A stretch of 64,000 bases of DNA from Vicugna vicugna (taxonomy: Eukaryota), in assembly GCA_013265495.1 (NCBI GenBank), contig MU058667.1, positions 372,001 through 436,000 of the forward strand, in the 5' to 3' direction. Below, one piece after another: positions 50,320 to 63,110 of the stretch (position 1 is its first letter; every line of letters begins with the position of its first letter). The translations under genes were made by a program, and so were the position numbers. The notes under the pieces were generated by a model. The model saw only the letters and a program-made list of their open reading frames with translations, made no database searches and was not told the DNA's origin.

Positions 50320-53300
50320 ATAATAAAAGCTATATATGACAAACCTATAGCCAGCACAGTACTCAATGGTGAAAAATTCTAAAGCTTCCCACTAAAATCT
50401 GGGACAAGACAAGGATGCCTACTATCACCACTCCTATCAACATAGTCTTGGAAGTCCTAGCCACACCACAGCAATCAGGCAAGAGAGAGAAATAAAAGGG
50501 ATCCAAATTGGAAAAGAAGAGGTCACTATATGCAGATGACATGATACTATATATAGAAAACCCTAAAAGGTCTACACAAAAACTGCTAGAAATAATCGAA
50601 AAATTCAGCAAGGTAGCAGGTTACAAGATTAATGTTCAAAAGTCAGTTGCATTTCTTTACACTAACGATGAATCAACAGAAAAAGAAAGTAAAGAAACAA
50701 TCCCCTTTAAAATATAGCACCCAATAAAATACCTAGGAGTAAATCTAACCAAGGAGGTGAAAGAATTATACATGGAAAACTATAAAACACTGATGAAGGC
50801 AATTAAAGAAGACTTAAAAAAGTGGAAAGATATCCCATGCTTCTGGCTTGGAAGAATCAATATTGTTAAAATGGTCACACTGCCCAAGGCAATGTACAGA
50901 TTTAATGCAATCCCTATCAAATTACCCAGGATATATTTCACAGAACTAGAACAAATCATAATCAAATTTATATGGAATCACAAAAGACCTAGAAATGCCA
51001 AAGCATTACTGAAGAAAAAGAAAAAGGCTGGAGGAGTAACTCTGCCAGACTTCAGACAACACTATAGAGCTACAGTCATCAAAACAGCATGGTATTGGTA
51101 CAAAAACAGACATATAGACCAATGGAACAGAACAGAGAGCCCAGAAATGAACCCACAAACTTTTGGTCAACTCATCTTCGACAAAGGAAGCAAGAATATA
51201 CAATGGAATAAAGACAGTCTCTTCAGAAAATGGTGTTGGGAAAACTGGACAGCAGCATGTAAAGCAATGAAGCTAGAACACTCCCTTACATCATACACAG
51301 AAATCAACTCAAAACGGATCAAAGTCTTAAACGTAAGACAAGATACAATAAACCTCCTAGAGGAAAATATAGGCAAAACATTATCTGACATACATCTCAA
51401 AAATGTTATCCTAGGGCAGTCTACCCAAGCAATAGAAGTAAAAGCAAGAATAAACAAATGGGACCTAATGAAACTTACAGGCTTCTGCACAGCAAAGGAA
51501 AGCAAAAGTAAAACAAGAAGACAACCTACGGAATGGGAGAAAATTTTTGCAAATGAAACCGACAAAGGCTTGATATCCAGAATATATAAGCAGCTCATAC
51601 AACTCAATAAGAAAAAAATAAACAACCCAACCCAAAAATGGGCAGAAGACCTAAACAAGCAATTCTCCAAGGAAGACATACAAATGATCAAAAGGCACAT
51701 GAAAAAATGCTCAATATCACTAATTATCAGAGAAATGCAAATCAAAACTACAGTGAGGTATCACCTCACACCAGTCAGAATGGCCATCATTCAAAAATCC
51801 ACAAATGACAAATGCTGGAGAGGCTGTGGAGAAAGGGGAACCCTCCTACACTGCTGGTGGGAATGCAGTTTGGTGCAGCCACTATGGAAAACAGTGTGGA
51901 GATTCCTCAAAAGACTAGGAATAGACTTACCATATGACCCAGGAATCCCACTCCTGGGCTTGTATCCAGAAGGATACAAGCTACTTCAGGATGACACCTG
52001 CACCCCAATGTTCATAGCAGCACTATTTACAATAGCCAAAACATGGAAACAGCCTAAATGTCCATCAACAGGTGACTGGATAAAGAAGATGTGGTATATT
52101 TTTACAATGGAATACTACTCAGCCATAAAAACCGACAACATAATGCCAATTGCAGCAACATGGATGCTCCTGGAGAATGTCATTCTAAGCGAAGTAAGCC
52201 AGAAAGAGAAAGAAAAATACCATATGAGATCGCTCATATGTGGAATCTAAAAAACAAAAACAAACAAACAAACAAACAAAAACAAAGCGTAAATACAGGA
52301 CAGAAATAGACAGACAGAGAATACAGACTCGTCGTTGCCAGGGGGGTGGAGGGTGGGAAGGGATAGACTGGGATTTCAAAATTATAGAATAGATAAACAA
52401 GATTACACTGTATAGCACAGGAAAATATACACTAAATGTTATGATAACTCACAGAAAAAATGTGACAATGAGTGTGTATATGTCCATGAACGGCTGAAAA
52501 ATTGTGCTGAACTCTGGCATTTGACACAACATTGTAAAGTGATTATAGATCAATAAAAACTGTTAAAAAAAAAACTACAATGAGGTATCACCTCACACCA
52601 GTCAGAATGATCATCATTCAGAAGTCCACAAATAACAAATGCTGGAGAGGCTGTGGAGAAAGGGGAACCCTCCTTCACTGCTGGTAGGAAGGCAGTTTGG
52701 TGCAGCCACTGTGGAAAACAGCATGGAGATTCCTACAAAGACTAGGAACAGACTTACCATGTCACCCAGGAATCCTGCTCCTGGGCATATATCCAGAAGG
52801 AACCCTACTTCAAAATGATACATGCACCCCAATGTTCATAGCAGCACTATTTACAATAGCCAAGACATGGAAACAGCCTAAATGTCCATCAACAGGTGAC
52901 TGGATAAGGAAGATGTGGTATATTTATACAATGGAATACTATTCAGCCATAAAAAGCAACAACAGAAAGCCATTTGCAGCAACATGGATGTTCCTGGAGA
53001 ATGTCATTCTAAGTGAAGTAAGCCAGAAAGAGAAAGAAAAATACCATATGAGATTGCTTATATGTGGAATCTAAAAAAAAAAGAAAAAAACAGAAATACA
53101 AAACAGAAATAGACTCAAAGACATAGAATACAAACTTGTGGTTGCTAGGGGGGTGGGGGTTGGGAAGGGACAGACTGGGATTTCAAAATGTAGAACAGAT
53201 AAACAAGATTATACTGTATAGCACAAGGAAATATATACAAAATCTTGTGGTGGCTCACAGCAAAAGAGAATGTGACAATGAATGTATGTATGTTCACGTA

Positions 53301-53392
53301 TAACTGAAAAATTGTGCTCTACACTGGAATTTGACACAACATTATAAAATGACTATAACTCAAAAAAAATGTTGAAATGTGGGGGAAAAAAA
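50320..53392 (+). mobile_element. Composite L1 with two 3' ends
   Basis: RT motif YADD near 50530; first 3'UTR/A tail ends ~52573; second ORF2-end plus 3'UTR at 52570-53392; perfect 17-bp TSD agaaaataacccttgtc at 50303-50319 / 53393-53409. Confidence 0.95.
50757..52250 (+). pseudogene. L1 ORF2p C-terminal portion, 497 codons uninterrupted
   Basis: [18 protein letters not shown] and the cysteine-rich knuckle [18 protein letters not shown]; upstream RT part is frameshifted and the endonuclease is absent. Confidence 0.9.
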
Positions 53393-53892
53393 AGAAAATA
53401 ACCCTTGTCTTGTTGGAGGTTTACAGGAACACCATGACCTGACCTACGTGGACAGCTGTAAGAACAAAAGATTCTGAGACCAAGAAGTTTGCAACGACCA
53501 ACCACACCCCTTCCCCTTCTTAGTGTAAAACAAGCCTAAATTCTGATTTGGGGAAGATGGTTCTCCAGAACATTAGTCTGCCATTTTCTTGGTCTGTTGG
53601 CTTTCTGAATAGTCATTATTCCTTGCCCCAACACCTCACCTCTCAAATTACTGGCCTGTCGTGCAGCGAGCAAAGCAAGTTTGGACTCAGTAACATAATC
53701 TGGACAAGAATCCTCTCACTGGGGCTCTTTGGAATATGCCTCACCTTCCCGCCATGTCTGGGAAAGGTGACCATGTCCTCACAGAAAGAGCTGAGGGGTC
53801 GGGAGGAGGGGAGAAGGGAAGGGCAACCAGGAACGCTCAGGAGGTAAGGAGAAGTTGGTAAGTGGATAGAGGGAGACATGATTGTCAGGCAT

Positions 53893-54305
53893 TGTTATGG
53901 GTTGATTATATGTGCCCCTCCCTGCAATTCCTATGTTGAAGTTCTAACTCCCCGTACCTCACAATGTGACCTTATTTGGATACAGGGATTTTTCAAAGGT
54001 AATCAAATTAAAATAAGGTCATTAGGATGGGCCCCAGTCCGATTTTACTATAAAAAAGGGAAATTTGGAGGCAGACCCATCCAGATGGAAGATCATGAGT
54101 AGAGCCCTAGGGAGAAGATGGCCCATCCACAGCCAAGGAGAGATCCCAGAACAGATTCCTCCCTCACAGCCCTCAGAAGGAACCAGCCCTGCCAATGCCT
54201 TCAACTCAGACTTCCAGCCTCCAGAACCATGAGACAATGACTTTCTGTTGTTTAAGGCACCCAGTCTGTGGTCCTTCATTATGGAAGCCCTAGCAAACCA
54301 GGACA
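53893..54305 (+). mobile_element. MaLR solo LTR (MLT1A/B-like)
   Basis: tgttatgggttga...atgtgaccttatttgga...gacttccagcctccagaac...gccctagcaaac..aca; 5-bp TSD-like ggcat/gacat. Confidence 0.9.
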
Positions 54306-55029
54306 GACATCCGGGACTGACAAGTGATCTGCCAGGAGCCCCAGCTTCCAGAATGTAATAGCATCATTAAAGATGCCAGAGACGGCTGGCTCCCCCAGAG
54401 GCAGAGAGCGAGGGCTTCGTGCCTGCTCAGACAGCCTGCAGGGCCCCACCCTGTTAACATTTACTCCAGGCCTGTCACAGCAGAGTGAATGCGGATGTTC
54501 TTTTTAAGCCTGTCAACTTCCTAATCTAGTTCCACCCCCACTACCCTGCCTCGTGATGAATTTCTGGCCATCAGTCACTCTTTCAGGCCTGACCTCTGAC
54601 GCCCTCTTACAAAGAGATTTTTCATCATACACAACTCTATTAGTCTTAAATGTATTTGAAGTATTGCTTCCTAGGGCACATAGTTTTATAAAAAATAGCG
54701 CTGTTTTAGCACAGGCCCTTGTCCCCTTCTTCAGGGGAAAGCTGACACTCTATCCTCCACCACAAAATTCCTCTGAGTTCTGTTGGACAGAAAGGTTACT
54801 GAGGAAGAGTGAGCTCCCTGAGGAAGGAGTCACCTGTGGCCCACGGAGTTGAGGGGCAGGGCTCTGCAGGCTATGGGTGGGCCTTGGGAATAGGAAGCCA
54901 AGGCAGATTAAACGTTTTGCCTCAGAAGGGAGTATTTTCACAAATTCTACATGCCATTCTGGCTGGAGTGTCCCTCTGCCTACATGTAGAGCCATTTCTG
55001 GAAGCTTCTTGGGAACCTTTTTATTTAAC

Positions 55030-57017
55030 TTTTTCCTTCCAGTTTTATTGAGATATAATAGACATACAGCACTGTATAAGTTTAAGGTGTACAGTATGAT
55101 TTAATTTACATGCATCATGAAGAAATTATTCCTGTAAGTGTAGTGAACATCCATCACCTCATACAGATAGAAAATCAAGGAAATAGAAAAACATTTTCTC
55201 TTGTGATGAGAATTCTTAGGATTTACTCTCTGAACAACTTTCACATATAACATCAGCAGTATTTATCTTATTTATCACCTTGTACACTACATTCCTAGTA
55301 TTTATTTATCTTATAACTTTATTGGAGGTTTGTATCTTTTGACCATCTTCATGCAACTCCCCCTCCCTCTTCCCCCACCTCTGGTAACCACAAATCTATT
55401 TTTCTACAAATTTGTTTTTGAAGTATAATTGACCTACAACACTATGTTAGTTCCTGAGGTACAACATAGTGATTCAATATTTCTATATATTTCAAAATGA
55501 TCACCACTACCATAAATCTAGTTACAATACGTCACCATGCAAAGATATTACATAGTTACTGACTATATTTCCCACACTGTACATTTCTTACCCATGACTC
55601 ATTTATTTTGCAACCGGAAGTTTGTACCTCTTAATCTCTCTCACCTATTTCTTTCCTCCCCTTACCACCCTCCCCTTTGGCAACAACCTGTTTGTTCTCT
55701 GTTCTGTTTTGTTATGTTTGTTCTTTTTTTTTTTAAGGTTCCACATACAAGTGAACTCATATAGTATTTGTCTTTCTCTGACTTATTTCACTGAGCATAA
55801 TACCCTTCAGGTCCATACATGTTGTCAAAAATGGCAAGATTTCATCGTTTTTTATATCTGAGTAGTAGTCTCTCTCTCCCTATGTATATATATTTATATA
55901 TATATATATAATATATATATATATGTATGTGTATATATATATATATACATATAATGTATACACACACACACCGCCCCCTCACATCTTCTTTATCCATTCA
56001 TCTATTGATGGGCAATACTGCAATGAACACAGGGATGCATATATCCTTTCTAATTGGTGTTTCTGTTTTCTTTGGATAAATACCCAGGAGTAAAATTGCT
56101 GGATCATATGGTAGTTCTATTTTTAATTTTTTGAGGAATCTCTATACTGTTTTCCACAGTAGCTGCACCGATTACATTCCTACCCACAGTGCACAAAGGT
56201 CCCCTTTTCTTCACATCCTCGCCAGGACTTATTATTTGTTGTGTTTTTGATAATAGCCATTCTGACAGGTGTGAGGTGATATCTCATTGTGGTTTTGATT
56301 TGCATTTCCCTGATAATTAATGATGCTGAGCATCCTTTCCTGTGCCCGTTGGCCATCTCTATATCATCCTTCGAAAAATGTCTATTGAGATCCTCTGCCC
56401 ATTTTTAAAATCAGGTTGTACTTTTGACACTGAGTTGTATAAACTCTTTGTATATTTTGGATACTAACCTGATGTTGTTGACAAATACATTCCCCCATTC
56501 AGTAAGTAGCCTTTTGGTTTTCTTGATAGTTTCCCTTTGCTGTGCAAAAGCTTTTTAGTTTGATGTAGTCCCATTTGTTTATTTTTGCTTTTGCTTCCCT
56601 TGCCTGAGGAGCTGTATCCAAAAATGTATTACTAAGGCCAATGTCAAAAAGCATACTGCCTGTGTTTTCTGCTAGAAGTTTTGTGGTTTCAGACTTTACA
56701 TTTAAATCTTTAATTCATTTTGAATTTACTTTTGTGCATGGTGTGATAGAGTAGGTCAGCTTGATTCTTTTACATGTAGCTGTCCAGTTTTCCCAATTCC
56801 ATTTATTGAAGAGGCTGTCTTTTACCCACTGTATATTCTCACCTCCTTTGTTGTAGATTAATTGCCCATAGAAGTGTGGGTTCACTTCTCGGCTCTCTAC
56901 TCTGTTCGATTGATTTATGTGTCTGTTTTTGTGCCAGTACCATACTGTTTTGATAACGGTAACTTTGTAGTACAGTTTGAAATCAGGAAGCATGATACTC
57001 CAATTCTGTTCTTCTTT
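55030..57017 (-). mobile_element. 5'-truncated L1 (older subfamily, duplicated 3'UTR module)
   Basis: Minus [12 protein letters not shown]...[11 protein letters not shown]; two successive tail modules starting ~55040 and ~55415. Confidence 0.92.
55868..55970. repeat. (TC)/(TA)n/(CA)n microsatellite inside L1
   Basis: Seen directly. Confidence 0.9.
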
Positions 57018-57184
57018 GGCAATTTCTTTACTTTACTCATCTTATAAAACAACCATTTATCTTTTTGGGCAGGAGGATTTCTGTGGAGGAATATTTTACC
57101 TTTTTCAGTGATAGAAGTAAGCACTGTCAGGTGGTCTGCAGAGATAGTAAAGGTTTCTCATTGCCATTTGTCTTCTAGATGAGT

Positions 57185-57350
57185 TCTTCCTGTAGACTGG
57201 CTGCATTAGGAATACCTCAGAGTTTAGACAGTACATATTCCTGGGTTCTTACTCCCTAAGATATTGATTGAGGAGTCTGGGCTTATATCTAGGAATTTGT
57301 ATTTTAAAATATCCTCAGGTGACTGTCATAGGCAACCAGGCATGGGAAAG
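57185..57350. mobile_element. MER5-like MITE
   Basis: ggctgcattaggaatacct...ggaatttgtattttaaaatatcctcaggtgact. Confidence 0.6.
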
Positions 57351-57598
57351 TCAATGCCTCATTTGTACATTGCTATTCTACCTCAGATCTTCAACAGATG
57401 TTCACTGACCACTTTCCCTGCTCCAGAAACTGATCAAAGGCACAATTTTTGTTCTCAGGTATTCCACAGTTTAATGGGAAAGACAAACTGGTAACAGACA
57501 TTTAACACATAGTGTCATAACTGCTTGAGTAGAATTGAGCCCAGGAGGACTGAGAGCATTAAATCTTCTTTGTGGGTGGAGGTGAGAGAGGGGTTAGA

Positions 57599-57815
57599 GC
57601 ACTGGTTTTCAATCAGGGGTGATTTATCCCCAGGAGATATGTGGTAATGTCTGGAGACATTTTTGGCTGCCAAGTTGGAAGGGATGATGCTAAAATCTAG
57701 TGGGCACGGGCCAGAGAAGGATGCTCCTAAACATCCTATAATGCAGAAAGCATTCCACAGCCAAGAACTTGTTTGGCCCCAAGTGCCAACAGCAGCACTG
57801 AGCTTGAGAAACCCT
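57599..57815 (-). mobile_element. MER20 MITE nested in L2
   Basis: ctggttttcaatcaggggtgattt...aatgtctggagacatttttggctg...ttgagaaaccctg. Confidence 0.85.
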
Positions 57816-58607
57816 GGGTCAGGGAAAGTGTCTAAGAATTGAAATTGACAAAGCACCCAAGGTGGGGATTTGGTGATTGAGAGGGTACTACAGGGCAGAG
57901 GAAACAGTGTGCCTGAAGGCCCAGAGGCTCTGGGCAGGTACATTCTGGGATCTGTGACAACATGTGTGCAAGCTGGCACAGGTGGTGAGGGAAGAGGCCT
58001 GACTGGGTGAACGGGACTTGGGCTCCTGGCACTGCAGAGTGGATTTCTTCCTCAAGGCTAGGGCAAGCCTCTGAGGGCTAAGGGGTCAATTGCAAAAGTA
58101 AACCTGCACCTTAATATTATTACTCTGATTTAAGTTTTGAGGGATACATTGAGGTGGTGGGTTGAGGGGGCCAGGGAGAACTCAAGTCTCTGAACAAAGA
58201 GATAAAGAAAAACCTTTCCAAACCCAGAATAAGGCCAAGAGCTGAGACAATGAGCCAGACAGATAAACAGTGGAGAGCTGGAGGAGACTGTTGGGAACCC
58301 AGATAGGTTAAGCCACTTGCTTAAGGATATACTTTTAAGTAACTTTGGTAGACCTGGAAATTTTAGCAGATCTTAAACATAGATGTAAAGGTAACACCTG
58401 CTTTGTATCATAGGGCTGCTAAAGGCCGTTGCAGCATTTTTTTCCGAATGCTACCTGTGGTTGGGTTTTCTCCCTGCCAGTAAGAACTGGGCTATCATTA
58501 TTACTACAATAAATGCACTTTTATTTCCCACAATAGCCCTATGAAGTTGATAAGGATTCTCAACTTAGAAATTTGAAAACTGAGATGCACAGTTTAATCA
58601 CACAGAT

Positions 58608-59012
58608 AGTATATCAGTTAGCTGTTGCTGCATAAGAAAACCAGCCCCCCACCCCTTCTTAAGTGGCTTTTACTGCTCGTGAGTTTATGAGTAGCTGAAT
58701 GGCTCTGCTGATCTTGGCTAGGCTCTCTCACACGTTTGAAGCCTTGGCTGAGATAACTCAGTTCTATTCTGCACGTCTTTCCTCTCAGGGTGAGCATGAT
58801 CTCACAGCAATGGCAGAGGAAGCCATAGAGGAAGCAGAAAGGTGGGGGCACTTTTTCAAGTCTCTGCTTCATTTGCTACTGCTGCATTGACAATGCAAGT
58901 CACATTGCTAAGGCCAGAGTCAGAGCAGGAGAGGGCCGAAGGTCACAGGGCTAAAGGCACCGATGGAGGGAGGCTGCTAATTAGGTAGGACCATCGATCT
59001 CCCAGTCTGCCT
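58608..59012 (-). mobile_element. MaLR LTR (MLT1F-J-like)
   Basis: gtatatcagttagctgttgctgcataa start; gcaagtcacattgctaaggccagagtc. Confidence 0.7.
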
Positions 59013-59279
59013 CAGCAGGCAGTGGCAAAGCCAGGATTTGAGCTGGTTCTTCAGATTCCAAAGTGTGTGCTTTTTCTACCAGACTCTTCTGCTATGATAA
59101 AAACAAACCCAAGAAAAACTGTATCCATTGGTCAGGATCAGTAAAAACACTCTCATATGTGTCATCTTAACTGGGGCTTAGAATAACCCGATGAGGCTGG
59201 CAGAATTGGTATATCTGTTCAAAGAAAAATAAGGTAAATATTTGGAAGCATAAAGGGCTACTTTTCGTAGGTAAGCAAA

Positions 59280-60110
59280 GAGTGCTTAGGTATCAATAAG
59301 AAAAAGATAAGTCAATAGAAAAGTGAGCAAAAGGCCACAAACAGGCAATCTACATACAGGGAAATGTCAGTGGCCAATAAACATTTGAAAAGATGCATAA
59401 TATCGTTTAAAATAAAAGAAATGCCAAAAGTAGAAAGTGAGATATCATTTTCTCCTATTGGATTCACATAGACCTTTAGGTTCCATGATTCTCAGTGTTG
59501 CTTAGGGGCAGGAGTGAGTCCAGAAATACAAAACCTATGCTGTTGGTAGCAGAATAAATTGGTGTGACATATTTGGAGGATAATTTTGGCAATAGCAATA
59601 AAACTATGCATACGAAATTTGGCTTAACTATTTTATTTTTAAGAACTTACCCTAAAGCTAAATGTACATGAGTCTGCAAAAATATTCACAGGGCTGTTCA
59701 CTGCAGCATTGTCTGTGATAGCCAAACAATAAAAACACTGTAACTCAGTATTAAACAATGGGTTAGATACATTTTCCTTCAGTGTTATCCAAACTGGAGC
59801 ACAAGTGTCAAGGAGAACAAAGAAGGTATCTATGTCCTGACATGAAAAGATCTCTGAGACACCTTGTGAGAGAAAAAAAATCACAAGTCTGTGAAGGAGA
59901 TACACAATTTTCATTTATCTAAAATAAAGATGTACCTATCCATGCTGGTGCCTTCATAGGCAGCATCTCAAAGGACACTTAAGAAGCTGTTCACAGTGGC
60001 TAATTCTGAGGAAGAGCCCCAGGGGTAGAGGGGGAAAGGACAGCTCTACTTTTCATGTCATTCCCTTCCTTACTATTAAAATTATTTTTCCATGAACATA
60101 TATTACTTCT
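59280..60110 (+). mobile_element. Old L1 3' region (L1ME-like)
   Basis: atcaataagaaaaag...gccaataaacatttgaaaagatgc...gttcactgcagcattgt. Confidence 0.75.
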
Positions 60111-60964
60111 ATCTAGAGAAAAAAAAAACAGAATAAAACAGAACAGAGAACACATTGAGAAGAGGTTCCTGTTCTTGAGCATCATTTTTACAAGCGCATC
60201 TTCCCTTTACAGTTGGCCAGTTTGCTCAGTTAGCAATTCTTTTTACTGCCCTCATCTCCATAAAATAAAATAAAATGAAGACTTTATTCTTGCTCAGCGT
60301 TAATACTTAAGAATTCCCAGGTATTGTTTCCAAGGAAATCCACCTATAACCAGGTCACTGGCATGGTCTCCTATGGCCAGAGACAGGGTAGACAGGGCCT
60401 TGTTTCTTAGCAACTCACCCAGATTTTCTCATTTTAATTGAGATCATACATTTCCTTAAAAACCTTTCCATAGCAGGGATATGGAAGGCCATTTATCCTT
60501 GTTGATGAAATTCACCCTTTGAAAAAAGGCTTTGCTGAATGTGAAGTGAATTTCACCAACATTCCCCCACGCATGGGTGCCCCCTCTGTTAAGTGCATAA
60601 ATCTGTCACTGCTTTCTACCCACCTACAACCAACCCAGTATCTGCCTTTGGCTTCTTCAGGCAAAGTGTGTGAAGGGTGGATACTGCTTCCTGACTGGCC
60701 TACCCCCTTGGGTTTCCTATCAAGACCAAATGAGCTCAAGGAGGGAAAGTGCATTTGTGAAGCTTGTATGCCTTGCTGGGACCTGCATTCAAGGGCACTG
60801 TACTGGCCATCATGACCCTCTTTCCCACTGAGACAGAGCCCACAGTCCTTGTCTTTGTTCTGATCTGAGCAGTCACAACTCTGTGCTGGAGCTGTCCCAT
60901 GGGATAAAACCTGTCATCCTGCCCTGGTGGAAACATGCACACCATGATTAGTACAAAGAGTTAC

Positions 60965-61155
60965 ATAATTGCCAACATTGTGCGTCTCCAGCAAACATCA
61001 TTTCTGTGGTATCCTGACAGAAAAGGGGCACTCTGAATACAATCATGAGGAAACACTAGGCAAACCTGAACTGAGGGAATTCTACAAAATAACTCTCAAA
61101 CTGTCAAGGTCACAAAAGACAGTAGCAGACTGGGGAACAAAGCATAGAGATTGAT
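60965..61155 (+). mobile_element. L1MC-like 3'UTR fragment
   Basis: aatcatgaggaaacac...aaacctgaactgagggaattctacaaaataac...aaactgtcaaggtca. Confidence 0.6.
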
Positions 61156-62451
61156 GACAGCATCATATCATATCACAACTTTTCTGTTTTCATGGAAATA
61201 CTCCTGGAGGGCAACATTTTTGTTATTATCGGTCAGTTAAGCCCTCTGAGGATTCATTTTTTGGACTATTCTCTATGACACTGTGAGATATGGACTGAGG
61301 GCATTCTGGGGATGAAAAGGGTAGGGACAGAGACCTGTGGAAGTGACTGTCACCCCAGGAAAGGCCTGCCTGGGTAGGACACCTTGAGATCCCTGGGCAG
61401 ACAGAGGGTCCTCAAAGGACTCTGGCTGTGAAGGGAAGGAGTCAGGAGCACTGAGGTTGGATAGAAGACAGAGGCTGTGACTCAACTCACCTACCAGGTC
61501 CTAAGTCCCAGCTCCCCTGGGCAAACTGAGCAGGTTGCTTCCTGATGATCTGACAAGTATTTGTGGGTGCTGTCCTAGGTGCTAGGCTACAGCCCGTCAG
61601 CAGGACTAATTCCAAGTCTAAGGGAGAGATCAGGATGTAGGCAAAAAGATAAAACAGCGTTAGGGAGAGTGTAGGAAAAGTGGGTGTGCCTATCAGGAGA
61701 TCCTACACTAATCTGGAGTCAAGGAAGGCTTCCTGAAGGAAGTTAACATCTAGTCTGAGATGTAACACTGGATGTGGGTTCAGCAGGTAACAGGAAATGA
61801 GAGATAGTCCATCCAGAAACAACAGGCTTGGACTTGATAATGATCAAGTTCCATCCCAGAAACCCCATAGCCTCTGACTTAATTTCATGACTTCTACCTC
61901 TGCTCTTAAAGTCTGTTCTGTCAGTGACAGGTTTGGGTCCCAGGGAGAACAGAACAAAGGTCATGTTTTTGTGGCTCTGAGTCTCCCTGGTGATGGAGCA
62001 TCTCTACCAGGACTTTTTGGATGTGACTCTCAGCCTGGATGGATCCTGGGCTCTCTGCACTCCCAAGACTGGAGGCTGTGCCCTCATTGGGTATGCTGGA
62101 GTCTTGAAGACCCCCACTTCACCGCCTGCTTTGAGGTAAATGAAGCTCCCAGATGCTGGCCGGTAGATGCTAAGGGGCTGGGGTTGTTGGAGCCAATGAT
62201 GTGGCCTGAATGCTCTATGAGCAGGGTTTCTTTGAGGCAGGTTCTCACAGGCTCACTCCCTCTAGTGAGAGAGTGACCTCAGGCTCCCTTGCTGGGTGGC
62301 AGGTGGTGAAGCCTCGATACTGGAGGTGGTGGCGGGGGGGATGGATGAAAGCCACTTTTGGCCCCTTCGGCAAGCTGCAGGACCTAATTATAACCCACTA
62401 GGACACTCCAATATGGAGTGAGTTTTGGAGACACAAGAAATAAAGAATAGC

Positions 62452-62828
62452 GAAAACTATAAACCATTGCTGAAGGAAATTAAAGAAGACTTTGAAAAAT
62501 GGAAAGATATCCCATGGTCTTGGATTGGAAGAATCAATATTGTTAAAATGGACACACTGCCCAAGGCACTCTACAGATTTAATGCAATTCCTATCAAATT
62601 ACCCAGGACATATTTCCCAGAACTAGAACAAATCATAATAAAATTTATGTGGAACCATCAAAGACCTAGAATTGCCAAGGCATTACTGAAGAGAAAGAAA
62701 GTGGCTGGAGGAATAACTCTCCCAGACTTCAGACATACTACATAGCTACAGTCATATGTAGTTTTCATACAGTCTGAAAAACAGACATATAGACCAATGG
62801 AACAGAATAGAGAGCCCAGAAAAAAAAA
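62452..62828 (+). mobile_element. L1 internal ORF2 fragment, truncated at both ends, A-tailed, with TSD
   Basis: [13 protein letters not shown]...GGITLPDFR; ends gagagcccag then an A run; TSD aaagaatagcgaa (62442-62454) / aaagaatagagaa (62829-62841). Confidence 0.9.
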
Positions 62829-62914
62829 AAAGAATAGAGAATGATCATAACATGACTTAAGAGAGGCATCTGACAAGACACATTGGGAGGAGTCAGGGAA
62901 AGAGCAGTATTATC

Positions 62915-63110
62915 TGAGGCCGGGGAGCCTGGGTTTGGAGATAAATCAGCTTGGGTTATTAACCTCTCTAAGCCTCAGGTTTCTGATCTATAAACTGGGG
63001 GTTAAGATTACATCTTCCTCAGAGGATTACTGTGACAAGAAGTAAAAATAATGCAAGTTCTAGCACTCACTTTGGTACCTAATAAGCTCTCAAGAAATGT
63101 TAGCTATTTT
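62915..63110 (+). mobile_element. MIR SINE
   Basis: ttattaacctctctaagcctcaggtttctgatctataaactgggg...gctctcaagaaatgttagctatt. Confidence 0.8.

Larger units (their letters stand above)
50101..53695 (+). mobile_element. Solo ERV1 LTR (MER34/MER39-like) split by an L1 (arms 50101-50319 and 53393-53695)
   Basis: TG start tgtaatagggagg; end ggcctgtcgtgcagcgagc...ttggactcagtaaca; the arms join through the L1 TSD. Confidence 0.85.

Noticed and set aside
50757..52250. 497-aa ORF as a host or domesticated gene
   Set aside because: It is plain L1 ORF2 C-terminus inside a TSD-flanked truncated insertion with a GTG start; youth of the element explains the open frame
55040..55730. Second double-tailed L1 chimera
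   Set aside because: Only the 3'UTR module is doubled, which I recall as a built-in trait of some older L1 subfamilies; no inner TSD seen
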